From Eubacteriales bacterium (GTDB lineage Bacteria; Bacillota; Clostridia; Oscillospirales; CAG-272), in NCBI GenBank assembly GCA_051867975.1, contig JBJDZM010000023.1:1-59141 (forward strand): 59,141 nt of DNA, given 5' to 3'. Positions 18,733 through 29,500 of this stretch are shown here, in pieces. The position numbers and the translations under genes were made by a program. Position 1 is the stretch's first letter. Each line of letters begins with the position of its first letter. The notes beneath the pieces are model-generated. The model ran no database searches, was not told where the DNA came from, and saw only the letters and a program-made list of their open reading frames with translations.

Positions 18733-20045
18733 AGCATGCGGCTAAATGGATATGGTTTGCCGAGAAGTGCGGTGTCGGAAACACTGATCTGATGACGGTT
18801 TTCGAGAAGTTCGGCTCTGTAAAGGACGTTTATCTTGCCGACTATGACGAATATATCGAAAAGGGTGTCGGCGAGAGACTTTCCGAGATTCTTTCCGACA
18901 AGTCGCTTGACGGTGCATATTCGATAATGAAATATTGTGAGGTCACGGGTGTCGGAATACTTACGTATTCGGACGAAAATTATCCTAAGAGTCTGCGTTC
19001 TCTGAAAGACCCTCCGGCGGTGCTTTACTATGTCGGAAAATTGCCCGACTTCAATAAGCATCTCTGCATTGCCACTGTCGGCACGCGCAAGATGAGTGAA
19101 TACGGCATGAGGTCGGCGTATAAAATAGCCTATGAGACTGCGGCGTCGGGCGCGATAGTCATAAGCGGTATGGCACTCGGTATCGATGCGGTTGCGGCAA
19201 GTGCCGCAATGGCGGCGAATGGCAAGACGGTTGCGGTGCTCGGATGCGGAATAGACGTTATCTATCCAAAGGAACATAAGAAGCTTTACAACGCAATCAA
19301 GCAGAACGGCGCGATATTAACCGAATATCCTCCCTCAACCGAGCCTCGCGGATTTAATTTTCCGGTAAGAAACAGAATAATCAGCGGACTCTCTCAAGGT
19401 ACGGTAGTTATCGATGCGGGCGAGAAGAGCGGCGCGCTGATAACCGCCAAGACCGCGATACTTCAGGGAAGAGACGTTTATGCCGTTCCGAGCAATATTG
19501 ACTCTGAAAATTCATCGGGCACGAACGCTCTGATACGCGACGGCGCGCAGGCGGTGCTTTGCGGAAACGACATAGTGAAAAATTATGTGTATCTCTTCCG
19601 TGATACGCTTGATGTGCAGAGAATGAAGGCGAGCGAGGAGAGATCGGAATTTGACGCCTCGGTCCTATCACGCTTCGGAATCAGGGCGCGAGGCGGTGTT
19701 CCCGCATTTGAGGGAATATCGGCAAAAGCCGAAAAGGAAAACAGTAAGTATTCCGAGGTAAAAGAAAAAACACACGAAAATAAAAAACAGGACGCGCGTG
19801 CGCCTGTGTCTGAGCCCTCGGCACCGAGAGCGGAGCATAAGGGTGACGATTCCATGGCGGCACTTCAGTCGCTTGATGAAAAACAGAGAAGGATATTCGA
19901 CGAAATGCCGCTTGACAGGGCAATCTCGCTCGACTATCTTCTGAAGACGGGATTTAAGCTCGGAGAGATAATGTCGGCACTGACAAAGCTCGAGATAAAG
20001 GGACTTATCTCATCTCTCCCGGGTGGACTTTACACAAGGAAATAA
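18729..20045 (+). CDS. dprA: DNA-processing protein DprA
   Basis: DPPAVLY, VGTR, SGMALGID, FPVRNRIISG, SGALITA; ATGA overlap with upstream stop. Confidence 0.95.
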   Translation: MKHAAKWIWFAEKCGVGNTDLMTVFEKFGSVKDVYLADYDEYIEKGVGERLSEILSDKSLDGAYSIMKYCEVTGVGILTYSDENYPKSLRSLKDPPAVLYYVGKLPDFNKHLCIATVGTRKMSEYGMRSAYKIAYETAASGAIVISGMALGIDAVAASAAMAANGKTVAVLGCGIDVIYPKEHKKLYNAIKQNGAILTEYPPSTEPRGFNFPVRNRIISGLSQGTVVIDAGEKSGALITAKTAILQGRDVYAVPSNIDSENSSGTNALIRDGAQAVLCGNDIVKNYVYLFRDTLDVQRMKASEERSEFDASVLSRFGIRARGGVPAFEGISAKAEKENSKYSEVKEKTHENKKQDARAPVSEPSAPRAEHKGDDSMAALQSLDEKQRRIFDEMPLDRAISLDYLLKTGFKLGEIMSALTKLEIKGLISSLPGGLYTRK

Positions 20046-20068
20046 TTGAAAGGATATATAGCTTTTAC

Positions 20069-22360
20069 ATGGCAAATTTAGTAATCATGGAGTCGCCTTC
20101 AAAGGCGAATACGGTCAAGGGCTACCTTGGCTCAAACTACAAGGTTATCGCATCTGTCGGACACGTCCGCGACCTTCCGAAATCAAGCCTCGGTGTCGAT
20201 ATCGAGAACGATTTTGAGGCGCACTATATAAACATTCGCGGCAAGGGCGAGCTTATCAAAGAAATTAAAAAGGAAGCGAAGAACGCAAACAAGATATATC
20301 TCGCAACCGACCCTGACCGTGAGGGCGAGGCTATCTCGTGGCACCTTGCGACCATCCTCGGAATACCTGTTGAGAAGACCATGAGAGTCACGTTCAACGA
20401 GGTCACGAAGAACGTCGTCAAGGCGGCGATAAAGAACCCCAGAAACATCGACATGAATCTGGTCGACGCACAGCAGGCGAGAAGAATACTTGACCGCATA
20501 GTCGGATACAAGATATCCCCACTGCTTTGGAAAAACGTCAAGAACGGACTGAGCGCGGGACGCACGCAGTCGGTAGCCGTAAGAATAGTCTGCGAGCGCG
20601 AGGAAGAGATAAGAAGCTTTATTCCCGTTGAATATTGGAACATCGAAGCGGTGCTTGAAAACGAAGAGGGCAAGAGTTTTACCGTGCATTTCTACGGCGA
20701 CAAAAACGGTAAGATCGATATTGCAAACGAGGGCGAGGCGAACAAAATACTCGCGGCGATTGACGGCAAGCGCTTCAACGTCACATCGGTAAAGCGCTCA
20801 ACACGTCACAAGCTCCCATCTCCCCCCTTCACGACGTCGACTCTCCAGCAGGACGGTTACAGAAAGCTCGGATTTCAGTCGCAGAGAATAATGAGAGTCG
20901 CTCAGGAGCTTTACGAGGGAATAAACGTCGGCAGTGAAAACGGCGGCGTGCAGGGTCTTATAACCTACATGCGTACCGACTCGCTCCGCATCTCTGCTGA
21001 GGCGCAGGCGGCGGCAAGAGAGTATATCGCGGAGAAATTCGGCGATAAGTACAACACCGAAGAGCCGAGACAGTATAAGTCAAAATCGGGTATTCAGGAT
21101 GCGCACGAGGCGATAAGACCTTCGCGCGTTGACCTTGAACCCAAGAAGATAAAGTCATATCTCACATCTGACCAATATAAGCTCTACAAGCTCATCTGGG
21201 ACAGATTTGTAGCGAGCCAGATGGAGTCCGCGACACTTGCAACGCTCTCTGTTGACACCGAGTGCTCGGGCTACATCTTCCGCACGGGCGGATATACCGT
21301 GACCTTCCAAGGTTATATGGCGGTCTACGACGACGGTGCGGATGAGAGCGGTGACGACATCGCAGGGCAGAAGAACGCAAAGATACCGGAGCTTTTCGAG
21401 GGAGAGCAACTTGACTGCAACCGCATAGACCCCTCAAAGCACTTTACCGAGCCTCCTCCGAGATTTAACGAAGGCTCGCTTGTAAAATTCCTTGAAGAAA
21501 AGGGAATCGGACGTCCGTCTACATTCTCGACGATAGTTACGACGATAATTTCGAGAAACTACGTCAAGCGCGACGGAAAAAGTTTGGTTCCGACTCCGCT
21601 CGGCGAGCTTACGACAAAGCTCATGTGCGAGAATTTTGCCGACGTTGTTGACTACAAGTTCACGGCAGACATGGAAAACGATCTTGACGCCATCGAAAAG
21701 AACGAAAAGAGTCTCAATGCAGTTCTTCACGAGTTCTGGAACGACTTTTCACGTGAGCTTTCGGTTGCGGAGGAAAAGCTCGGAAACGCCAATATCGAGG
21801 TTCCCGTCGAGGAGACCGACATCATCTGCGACAAGTGCGGAAGCCGCATGATAGTCAAAAACGGACGGTTCGGCAAGTTTGCCGCATGTCCGAATTACCC
21901 GACGTGCAGAAACACGAAGCCACTTAACGAGAACAAGCCCAAGGTTGAGGAGAATGATGCGGCGGCAGAGAAAAAGCAGCCTAAGATTGCCGATTTCAAG
22001 TGCGAGAAGTGCGGCGGAGACATGGTGCTGCGTACGGGAAAATTCGGCAGCTTCTACGCCTGCGCAAACTACCCCACGTGCAGATTTACAAAGCAGAAAA
22101 CGAAGAATATCGATGTTCCTTGCCCCGAGTGCGGAGCAAAAATTGTTGTGAAATACAGCCGCAACCGCACGGTATTCTACGGCTGTGAGAGATACCCCGA
22201 GTGCAATTTCTCGTCATGGGATATGCCCGTGAATGAAAAATGCCCCGAGTGCGGAAAGCCGCTGTATCAGAAGAAGGGCAAGCAGCTGCTTGTCTGTCAC
22301 GACGAAAAGTGCGGTTTTTCAAAGCCTTATACCGCACAGCCCGAATCTGAGGAAGAATAA
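20069..22360 (+). CDS. topA: DNA topoisomerase I
   Basis: ESPSKA, ATDPDREGE, ITYMRTDS, AHEAIRP, C-terminal zinc ribbons. Confidence 0.97.
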   Translation: MANLVIMESPSKANTVKGYLGSNYKVIASVGHVRDLPKSSLGVDIENDFEAHYINIRGKGELIKEIKKEAKNANKIYLATDPDREGEAISWHLATILGIPVEKTMRVTFNEVTKNVVKAAIKNPRNIDMNLVDAQQARRILDRIVGYKISPLLWKNVKNGLSAGRTQSVAVRIVCEREEEIRSFIPVEYWNIEAVLENEEGKSFTVHFYGDKNGKIDIANEGEANKILAAIDGKRFNVTSVKRSTRHKLPSPPFTTSTLQQDGYRKLGFQSQRIMRVAQELYEGINVGSENGGVQGLITYMRTDSLRISAEAQAAAREYIAEKFGDKYNTEEPRQYKSKSGIQDAHEAIRPSRVDLEPKKIKSYLTSDQYKLYKLIWDRFVASQMESATLATLSVDTECSGYIFRTGGYTVTFQGYMAVYDDGADESGDDIAGQKNAKIPELFEGEQLDCNRIDPSKHFTEPPPRFNEGSLVKFLEEKGIGRPSTFSTIVTTIISRNYVKRDGKSLVPTPLGELTTKLMCENFADVVDYKFTADMENDLDAIEKNEKSLNAVLHEFWNDFSRELSVAEEKLGNANIEVPVEETDIICDKCGSRMIVKNGRFGKFAACPNYPTCRNTKPLNENKPKVEENDAAAEKKQPKIADFKCEKCGGDMVLRTGKFGSFYACANYPTCRFTKQKTKNIDVPCPECGAKIVVKYSRNRTVFYGCERYPECNFSSWDMPVNEKCPECGKPLYQKKGKQLLVCHDEKCGFSKPYTAQPESEEE

Positions 22361-23742
22361 TGTTTACGAAAGAATATGTAAACGTCTACGGCGCGGGACT
22401 TGCGGGCTGTGAGGCGGCGTGGCAGATAGCAGGGCGCGGAATAAAGGTCAGGCTTTACGAGATGAAGCCGAAGAAATTTACTCCGGCGCATCACAGTGAG
22501 GGCTTTGCGGAGCTTGTCTGCTCAAACTCTTTGCGCTCGGACAGACTTACAAACGGCGTGGGGCTTTTGAAGGAAGAGCTGTATAGACTCGATTCGCTCA
22601 TAATGGAGGCGGCATACGCCACGCGCGTTCCCGCAGGCTCGGCGCTTGCCGTCAACCGAGACGATTTCTCGGCTTACATTACGGGAAAGATAAAAAACCA
22701 CCCGAATATCGAGGTCATCGAAAAAGAGGTGTCGGGTGTAGAGGACGGCGTTATTACAGTTATCGCCACGGGACCTCTTACAAGTCAGCCCATGGCTGAT
22801 TACATAGAGAAGACACTCGGGTGCGAGGGGCTTCATTTCTTCGATGCGGCGGCGCCAATCGTCGATGCGTCAAGCATAAATATGGATATCGTATATGCGG
22901 CGTCGAGATATGACAAGGGAGATCCCGATTATCTAAACTGCCCCATGAGCCGCGAGCAGTACGACGCGTTTTACAACGCGCTCATCACGGCGCGCGAGGC
23001 GGAATTGCACGACTTCGACCGCCGCGAGCTTAAGGTCTTTGAGGGCTGTATGCCTGTTGAGATCATGGCAAAGCGGGGCTATGATACGCTCTGCTACGGT
23101 CCACTCAAGCCCGTCGGACTTGTCGATAAGCGTACGGGAGAAGAAGCGTTTGCGGTGGTGCAGCTTCGCCGCGAGAACGCAGAGGGAACGATGTATAATA
23201 TCGTCGGATTCCAGACTCATCTTGCGTTCCCCGAGCAAAAGAGAGTCTTCTCGATGATACCGGGACTTGAAAATGCGGAGTTTTTGCGCTACGGAATAAT
23301 GCACCGCAACACGTATCTTGACTCCCCGAAGTATCTTGATGCCGACTACTCGCTGAGAAGTAACAAAAACATTTACTTTGCGGGGCAGATGACCGGCGTT
23401 GAGGGATATATTGAATCGACAGGCTCGGGATTTGTCGCGGGGGTCAATGCGGCGGCGAGGATACACGGCGAGGATGCCGTCATTTTCCCGAAGACCACAA
23501 TGCTCGGCGCGATGGCGGAATATATCAGCAGGGGCAATATGTCGGGCAATTTCGTCCCGATGAATGCGAATTTCGGAATCGTTGAACCCCTCGGATACCG
23601 TGTTAAGGGCGGAAAAGTCGCAAAGTACGAGGTAATTGCGGCTCGCGCGCTCAGTGCGCTTGACGAATACGCCGAGAGACTCGGCGCGAAAAACAATAAA
23701 ATCAGGAAAAACGAGGAAAACCTGAATGAGGATAATAATTGA
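22360..23742 (+). CDS. trmFO: tRNA (uracil-54) methyltransferase TrmFO
   Basis: GAGLAGCEAA, ELVCSNS, FFDAAAP, MHRNTY. Confidence 0.96.
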   Translation: MFTKEYVNVYGAGLAGCEAAWQIAGRGIKVRLYEMKPKKFTPAHHSEGFAELVCSNSLRSDRLTNGVGLLKEELYRLDSLIMEAAYATRVPAGSALAVNRDDFSAYITGKIKNHPNIEVIEKEVSGVEDGVITVIATGPLTSQPMADYIEKTLGCEGLHFFDAAAPIVDASSINMDIVYAASRYDKGDPDYLNCPMSREQYDAFYNALITAREAELHDFDRRELKVFEGCMPVEIMAKRGYDTLCYGPLKPVGLVDKRTGEEAFAVVQLRRENAEGTMYNIVGFQTHLAFPEQKRVFSMIPGLENAEFLRYGIMHRNTYLDSPKYLDADYSLRSNKNIYFAGQMTGVEGYIESTGSGFVAGVNAAARIHGEDAVIFPKTTMLGAMAEYISRGNMSGNFVPMNANFGIVEPLGYRVKGGKVAKYEVIAARALSALDEYAERLGAKNNKIRKNEENLNEDNN

Positions 23743-24775
23743 CATAATGAGCGGAGACCGCGCGCCTCTTGAGACGCTTAAGGGGGCGGTCGACGCCAAA
23801 AAAGAAGAGTATTCCGAGGGCGTTGACTATACGCTCGTAGGGGACGAAAACGTAATAAGAAAAACTGCCGAGGAGAACCAACTCGATATCTCGGGCTTTG
23901 ATATAGTACATACGGACGTTACTCTCGACATGCACGACGACCCCATGTCGGTCATGAAGGAGAAGAAGGACTCCTCACTTGCGCGCGGACTTAACATGCT
24001 CGCGAAAGGCGAGGGCGATGCCTTTGTCAGCTGTGGAAATACGGGTGCGCTCTTTTGCGGTTCAACTCTCATTTTAAAGAGAGTCAAGGGTGTGCAGAGA
24101 GCGGCGATAGGCGCGATATTGCCGCTTACAAAGCCTTTCATGCTCATGGATTCGGGTGCAAGCGTCAAGGTCAACGAGGACTATCTCCACATGTTCGGAG
24201 TTATGGGCACGGCGTATATGAAAGCGATATACGGAATAGAAAACCCGACGGTTGCAATGATAAATAACGGCTCCGAGGAGCATAAGGGCGGAGAGCTTCA
24301 ACTGTCTGCTTATCCTAAACTTATGGAGAGCAAATATATAAACTTCATCGGAAACGTCGAGGGAAATCAGCTGCCGTTCGGATACTGCGACGTTGCAGTC
24401 TGCGACGGATTTGTCGGAAACATCGTGCTTAAAACGAGCGAGGGCATGGGCAAGCTGATGGCATCCGAGCTTAAGGGACTCTTCAAAAGCGGCATCGGCG
24501 GTGCGGTAGCCTACCTTTTACTCAAAGGAAAACTCAAGAATTTCAAGAAAAAATTTGACTCGACCGAGCACGGCGGAGCGCCGATTTTGGGAATTACAAA
24601 AACGGTAATTAAGGCCCACGGCTCGTCGAACGCAAAGGCGTTTAAAAACGCGATCCGTCAGGCGATAGCGTGCGAGAGGGCAGGTGTCGTCGACATAATC
24701 GCAAAGGAAGCCGCAAAAGTTTCGGCAGAAAAGAAGAAGGCGGCGGCAGAGGCACAGGGTGCCGATGCGGAATAA
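23726..24775 (+). CDS. plsX: Phosphate acyltransferase PlsX
   Basis: DIMSGDRAP, GNTGAL, CDGFVGN, GGAPILG, KAHGSS. Confidence 0.95.
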   Translation: MRIIIDIMSGDRAPLETLKGAVDAKKEEYSEGVDYTLVGDENVIRKTAEENQLDISGFDIVHTDVTLDMHDDPMSVMKEKKDSSLARGLNMLAKGEGDAFVSCGNTGALFCGSTLILKRVKGVQRAAIGAILPLTKPFMLMDSGASVKVNEDYLHMFGVMGTAYMKAIYGIENPTVAMINNGSEEHKGGELQLSAYPKLMESKYINFIGNVEGNQLPFGYCDVAVCDGFVGNIVLKTSEGMGKLMASELKGLFKSGIGGAVAYLLLKGKLKNFKKKFDSTEHGGAPILGITKTVIKAHGSSNAKAFKNAIRQAIACERAGVVDIIAKEAAKVSAEKKKAAAEAQGADAE

Positions 24776-24798
24776 AAACAACGGGAGGATGTATCCGT

Positions 24799-25521
24799 AT
24801 GGCAGGGAGCAGCAGGGACATAAAACTGCTTGAAGATAGAATCGGATATAGATTCAAAAACCATGAGCTTTTGGAGCGTGCGCTGACGCACTCGTCCTAC
24901 TCAAATGAGTCGGGACTCAAAAATCACCATATGCTTTGCAACGAGAGACTTGAATTTTTGGGTGACAGTGTGCTATCCATTATAACGAGCAATTATCTCT
25001 ATAAAAACTTTTCCGACTGTCCCGAAGGAGAGCTGACGCGTATGCGCGCCGAGGTCGTCTGCGAGAGGGCGTTGTCGGGATATTCCGAGGCTATCGGACT
25101 CGGAGAATTTCTCCTTCTCGGTATCGGCGAGGAGAAGAACAACGGCAGACACCGCAAGTCCATTGTGGCAGATGCTTTTGAGGCGCTTTTGGCGGCGATT
25201 TATCTTGATGCGGGTGATGACGGCATGGAGACCGCGCAAGAATTCCTTTTACCTTTTATCACAAAGGAAATCGAGAACGTAAGACAGCGCGGCAGCTTTA
25301 ACGGCGACCCGAAAACACTGCTTCAGCAGTTCGTTCAGCAGGCGGAGGGGGATTTCCTTGAATACGTCGTCGTAGGAGAGAGCGGTCCCGATCACATGAA
25401 ATTATTTAAGGTCGAGGCGAGACTCAACTCAAATGTTATCGGCAGAGGCGAGGGCAGGAGCAAGCGCGAGGCGGAGCAGAATGCCGCGCGTGAGGCTCTG
25501 GAGCTTTTCTCGTTCGATTGA
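24799..25521 (+). CDS. rnc: Ribonuclease III
   Basis: ALTHSS, NERLEFLGD, ADAFEA, dsRBD; ATG after GGGAGG. Confidence 0.96.
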   Translation: MAGSSRDIKLLEDRIGYRFKNHELLERALTHSSYSNESGLKNHHMLCNERLEFLGDSVLSIITSNYLYKNFSDCPEGELTRMRAEVVCERALSGYSEAIGLGEFLLLGIGEEKNNGRHRKSIVADAFEALLAAIYLDAGDDGMETAQEFLLPFITKEIENVRQRGSFNGDPKTLLQQFVQQAEGDFLEYVVVGESGPDHMKLFKVEARLNSNVIGRGEGRSKREAEQNAAREALELFSFD

Positions 25522-25533
25522 TGTAAAAATGAA

Positions 25534-26577
25534 ATGAAAAAGAAAAATCACAGGAATATACCGATCTTTATTCCGCATCTCGGCTGCCCCAACATGTGCG
25601 TTTTTTGCAATCAGCGTTCGATCTCGGGGAAGCAGAGCTTTTGCCGTGAGTCGGTGAAGGACGAGATCGATGCGGCACTTGCGACGATTCCGGAGAATTG
25701 CGAGGTCGAGATAGCCTATTTCGGCGGCTCATTCACGGGTATCGACCGCGAGCTGATGATATATCTGCTCGACGTTGCCGAGGATTACGTCAAAAATCCG
25801 AGAGAAGGCCGGGCATGCGTCACGGGAATTCGGATGTCGACACGTCCCGACTACATAAATGACGAGATAATCGGGATCTTGTCGCGCTACACGGTAAAAA
25901 CGGTCGAGCTTGGACTTCAAAGCATGCGTGACGATGTGCTTCTGCTCTCAAAGCGGGGACACACCGCCGCCGATGCCGAAAATGCTTGCAGAATGATAAA
26001 AAAAGCAGGGTATTCGCTTGTCGGACAGATGATGATAGGTCTGCCCGGCTCAAATATCGAAGACGAGATATTCACCGCGGAGAGAATTTGTGAGTTGGGG
26101 GCTGACGGCGCGAGAATATACCCGACGGTCGTATTTTACGACACCGAGCTTGCAAAGATGGCTTGCGGCGGAGAGTATCGCATGCTTGAAATCGACGACG
26201 CGGTGGAGCGTTCATGTGAAGCACTGAAGATTTTTAAATGCCACGGTGTTGAGTGCATACGCATAGGACTTTGCGCCTCGGACAACCTCGGGGACGACTC
26301 GTGCGTTATGGGCGGTGCAAATCATCCTTCCCTTGGCGAGCTTGTCATGGGAGAAGAATATTTCGACAGAATGACGGCGAGCGCTGACATGATTATCCGT
26401 GAGTGTGGCTGCACGGGCGGTGAGCTTGTCTTTACCGTGCCGACGGGAGATATGTCAAAGGCGGTGGGACAGAAGGGCAGAAACCGCAAAAGACTTGAAG
26501 AAAAATACAAAAATTATAAGATTTCAATAAAAGAAGCGAATGTACCTAATTTAGTTTCATCAATCGGGAAACAGTAA
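25534..26577 (+). CDS. Radical SAM protein (Elp3-like)
   Basis: CPNMCVFC, FGGSFT, STRPD; usual position between rnc and smc. Confidence 0.85.
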   Translation: MKKKNHRNIPIFIPHLGCPNMCVFCNQRSISGKQSFCRESVKDEIDAALATIPENCEVEIAYFGGSFTGIDRELMIYLLDVAEDYVKNPREGRACVTGIRMSTRPDYINDEIIGILSRYTVKTVELGLQSMRDDVLLLSKRGHTAADAENACRMIKKAGYSLVGQMMIGLPGSNIEDEIFTAERICELGADGARIYPTVVFYDTELAKMACGGEYRMLEIDDAVERSCEALKIFKCHGVECIRIGLCASDNLGDDSCVMGGANHPSLGELVMGEEYFDRMTASADMIIRECGCTGGELVFTVPTGDMSKAVGQKGRNRKRLEEKYKNYKISIKEANVPNLVSSIGKQ

Positions 26578-26592
26578 CTCGGAGGAATAAAA

Positions 26593-29500
26593 TTGTATCT
26601 TAAATCAATAGAAATGCAGGGCTTTAAATCCTTCCCCGACAAGACAAAGCTTGTGTTTGATGCAAGCGATGCCGAAAGAGACGAGACGGGTGTCACGGTC
26701 ATCGTGGGTCCTAACGGAAGCGGAAAATCGAATATTGCCGATGCCATGCGCTGGGTGCTTGGCGAGATATCCTCGAAGACTCTGCGTTCGACCAAAATGG
26801 AGGACGTCATCTTCGGCGGAGCCGACAGCCGTAAGCCCATGGGCTTTGCTGAGGTCTCGGTCACATTTGATAATACCAAAGGTCCGTCTCGCCTTGAGTG
26901 TCCGTACGACGAGGTCACGGTCACGAGGCGTTATTTCCGCGCGGGCGAGAGTGAGTATTACATAAACCGCCGCCCTGTGCGTCTGAAAGACATATATGAG
27001 CTTTTCCTCAATACGGGTATCGGACGTGACGGTTATTCGATAATCGGTCAGGGAAGAATTGCCGACATGGTGTCGAGAAAAAGCGAGGACAGACGCGACA
27101 TATTTGAGGATGCGTCGGGAATCGCAAAATTCAGACATAAAAAGAGCGAGGCGGAGCGAAAGCTTAAAGCGACTGAAGAAAATATGGTCAGAATAAATGA
27201 CGTGTTTTCCGAGGTCTCGGCTCAAATAGGTCCTCTTGAAAAGGAGTCTCAGAAGGCTAAAAAGGCTATCGAGCTTATGGAGATAAAGAAAAAGGCAGAC
27301 GTCTCTCTCTGGCTTTTCGACACCGAAAAATACCGCGCGGATATTGCCGCGGCGGAGGATGCTCTGCGCCATTCGGAATTTGACCTTCGCAACGCCGAGG
27401 ACTCAATGCAGTCGCTTGATGCGAGAAACGCAAAGCTCTATGAGGCGGCGCAGAGCGGAAAGCTCGCGCACAATCAGCTCCTTAACATGATAAAGGAGAG
27501 CACGGGCGAGATATTTAAGCTTGACAGCGAATTTCGAGTAAACGAGACGAATATAAAGCATACCGACGAGCTTATCGAGACAGCGAAGCAGTCGCTTAGT
27601 TCAAGCGAGCGTGCGATAGCCGAGGAAAAGATTAAGAGCGAGGTGCAAAAGGATAAGATCGGAGAGCTTGAAGATGCCGCCGGACAAAACCGCGAAAGAC
27701 TTGAAAAAATTGAAGATTCGATATTCGATGAAAAGGTTAAAATAGACAAGTGCAATAAGGACATCGACACGATTTTCGCAGATATAAGGGCGGCGGAGGA
27801 AGAGGCGGTCGACATAAAGGTCCGCATCTCGGTGCTTGAAAACGCACGAGAGAGCGGAAGCGACCGAAACGCGGGTGTCCTCGAAGACATAGAAAGCTAT
27901 GAGGAAGAGTCACAAAGACTTGAAAAGTCGATGAAGCTCAAGCAGAAGACGGTCTCGGAGTACGACGAGTCTATCTCGGAGATAGACCTGGAAATTGAAA
28001 AATGCGACAAAGAGTTAACAAAACTTAACTCTGATATCGGAGAGAAATACGGAGAACTGAACCAAAAAAAGCTTCGCCTTGAATCCTGCGAGCAGAGAAT
28101 TAAGACGATCAAGGCTATGGAAGAGCAGTTTGAGGGATATAATAACAGTGTGCGCTTTGTAATGAAGTCATATGCCGAGGGCAAAATAACCGACCGACAC
28201 GGCGCTCCATGCGGAAAGATATACGGTCCTTTATCAAAGGTCATCTCGGTCGATACGAAATATGTCACCGCCATTGAGACGGCTCTCGCGCAAAATCTTC
28301 AGCACATCGTAGTCGAGGATGACGAAACGGCGAAGAACGCCTTGTTTGCGCTCAAAAAAGCCGAGGCGGGAAGGGCAACCTTCTTTCCGCTTGAAATGGA
28401 GAGGCAGAGCGAGACGCATGAGATGGTCGAGGCGAGACGCTTTCAAGGCTACATTGCAATCGCAAGCGAGCTTTGCATGTGCGACGGGAAATTTGACGGA
28501 ATAATCGGCTCACTGCTCGGCAGAACGCTCGTGTTCGACAACCTTGACAACGCGAATATCATGTCACGAAAGCTGCAAAGGCGAGTTAAGGTCGTCACGC
28601 TTGACGGACAGGTCATCAACGCAGGCGGCTCGTTCACCGGCGGTTCGGTTAAGCAGGGCGGAGGAATGTTGTCGCGAGCCGACGAGATAAAGAGACTTAT
28701 GTCCGAGGCAGACGAGTTAAAAGTTAAGGTTTCTAAACTTTCTGACGAGACCTCAAAGCTGAAAGAAAAAATATCAGATCTTACGTCCGACCGCACCGAC
28801 CTATCCGACAGAAAAGACCTCGTAAGCGTCTTAAAGAACACCGAACTGCAGGCGCTTGAAAAGATAAGCGGACAGTTTGAGTCGAATAAGGCTCTGCTTG
28901 ACAAGCTCAAAGAGGATTACAGGCAGATGCTCGAAGCGGCGGACAGATACGACGACGATATCGCGGAACTCAAGCGAGAGGAAGAGGCGCAAAACAAAAA
29001 GATTGAGGAATATACCGCGGCGCGAGAGTCAAGGCACTCCAAAAAGGTCGAATGTGAGGACAGGCTTCGGGCGTTTGAGGACGAAAAGACCGCCGCCGTC
29101 ATAAGGTCAAGCGAGATACAGAAGGATATTGAAAACTCGCGCGCACTGCTTGAAGTATCCATCGAGAGGATAAGAGTCTGCGAAGAGGATATCAACGCCG
29201 CTAAAGCGAGAATTGACTCATACCGCGCGCAGGTAGACAACATCACGGTTGCGCAAGCCGAAAACCGCAAGAGATATGACGAGGTGCAGGGTGAGCTTGA
29301 CAAGCTCAACGCAAAGCGCGCCGAGGTCGAGGAGGGCAATCTTGAATTTGACAAGAAGCTCGCCGAGATAAACGGCATGATGCGCGACAAGATGGCGGAA
29401 AAGGAAATGATATTCAGAGTACATACCACCAACGAGTCAAGACTTGAAAATCTAAGGGAAAAATACGACAAGCTGGCAAGCAGACTTTGGGATGACTATG

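Noticed and set aside
25534-26577. Radical SAM as maturase of the 34088 peptide
   Set aside because: Elp3-like gene in its usual rnc-smc position; no RRE or SPASM cysteine pattern.
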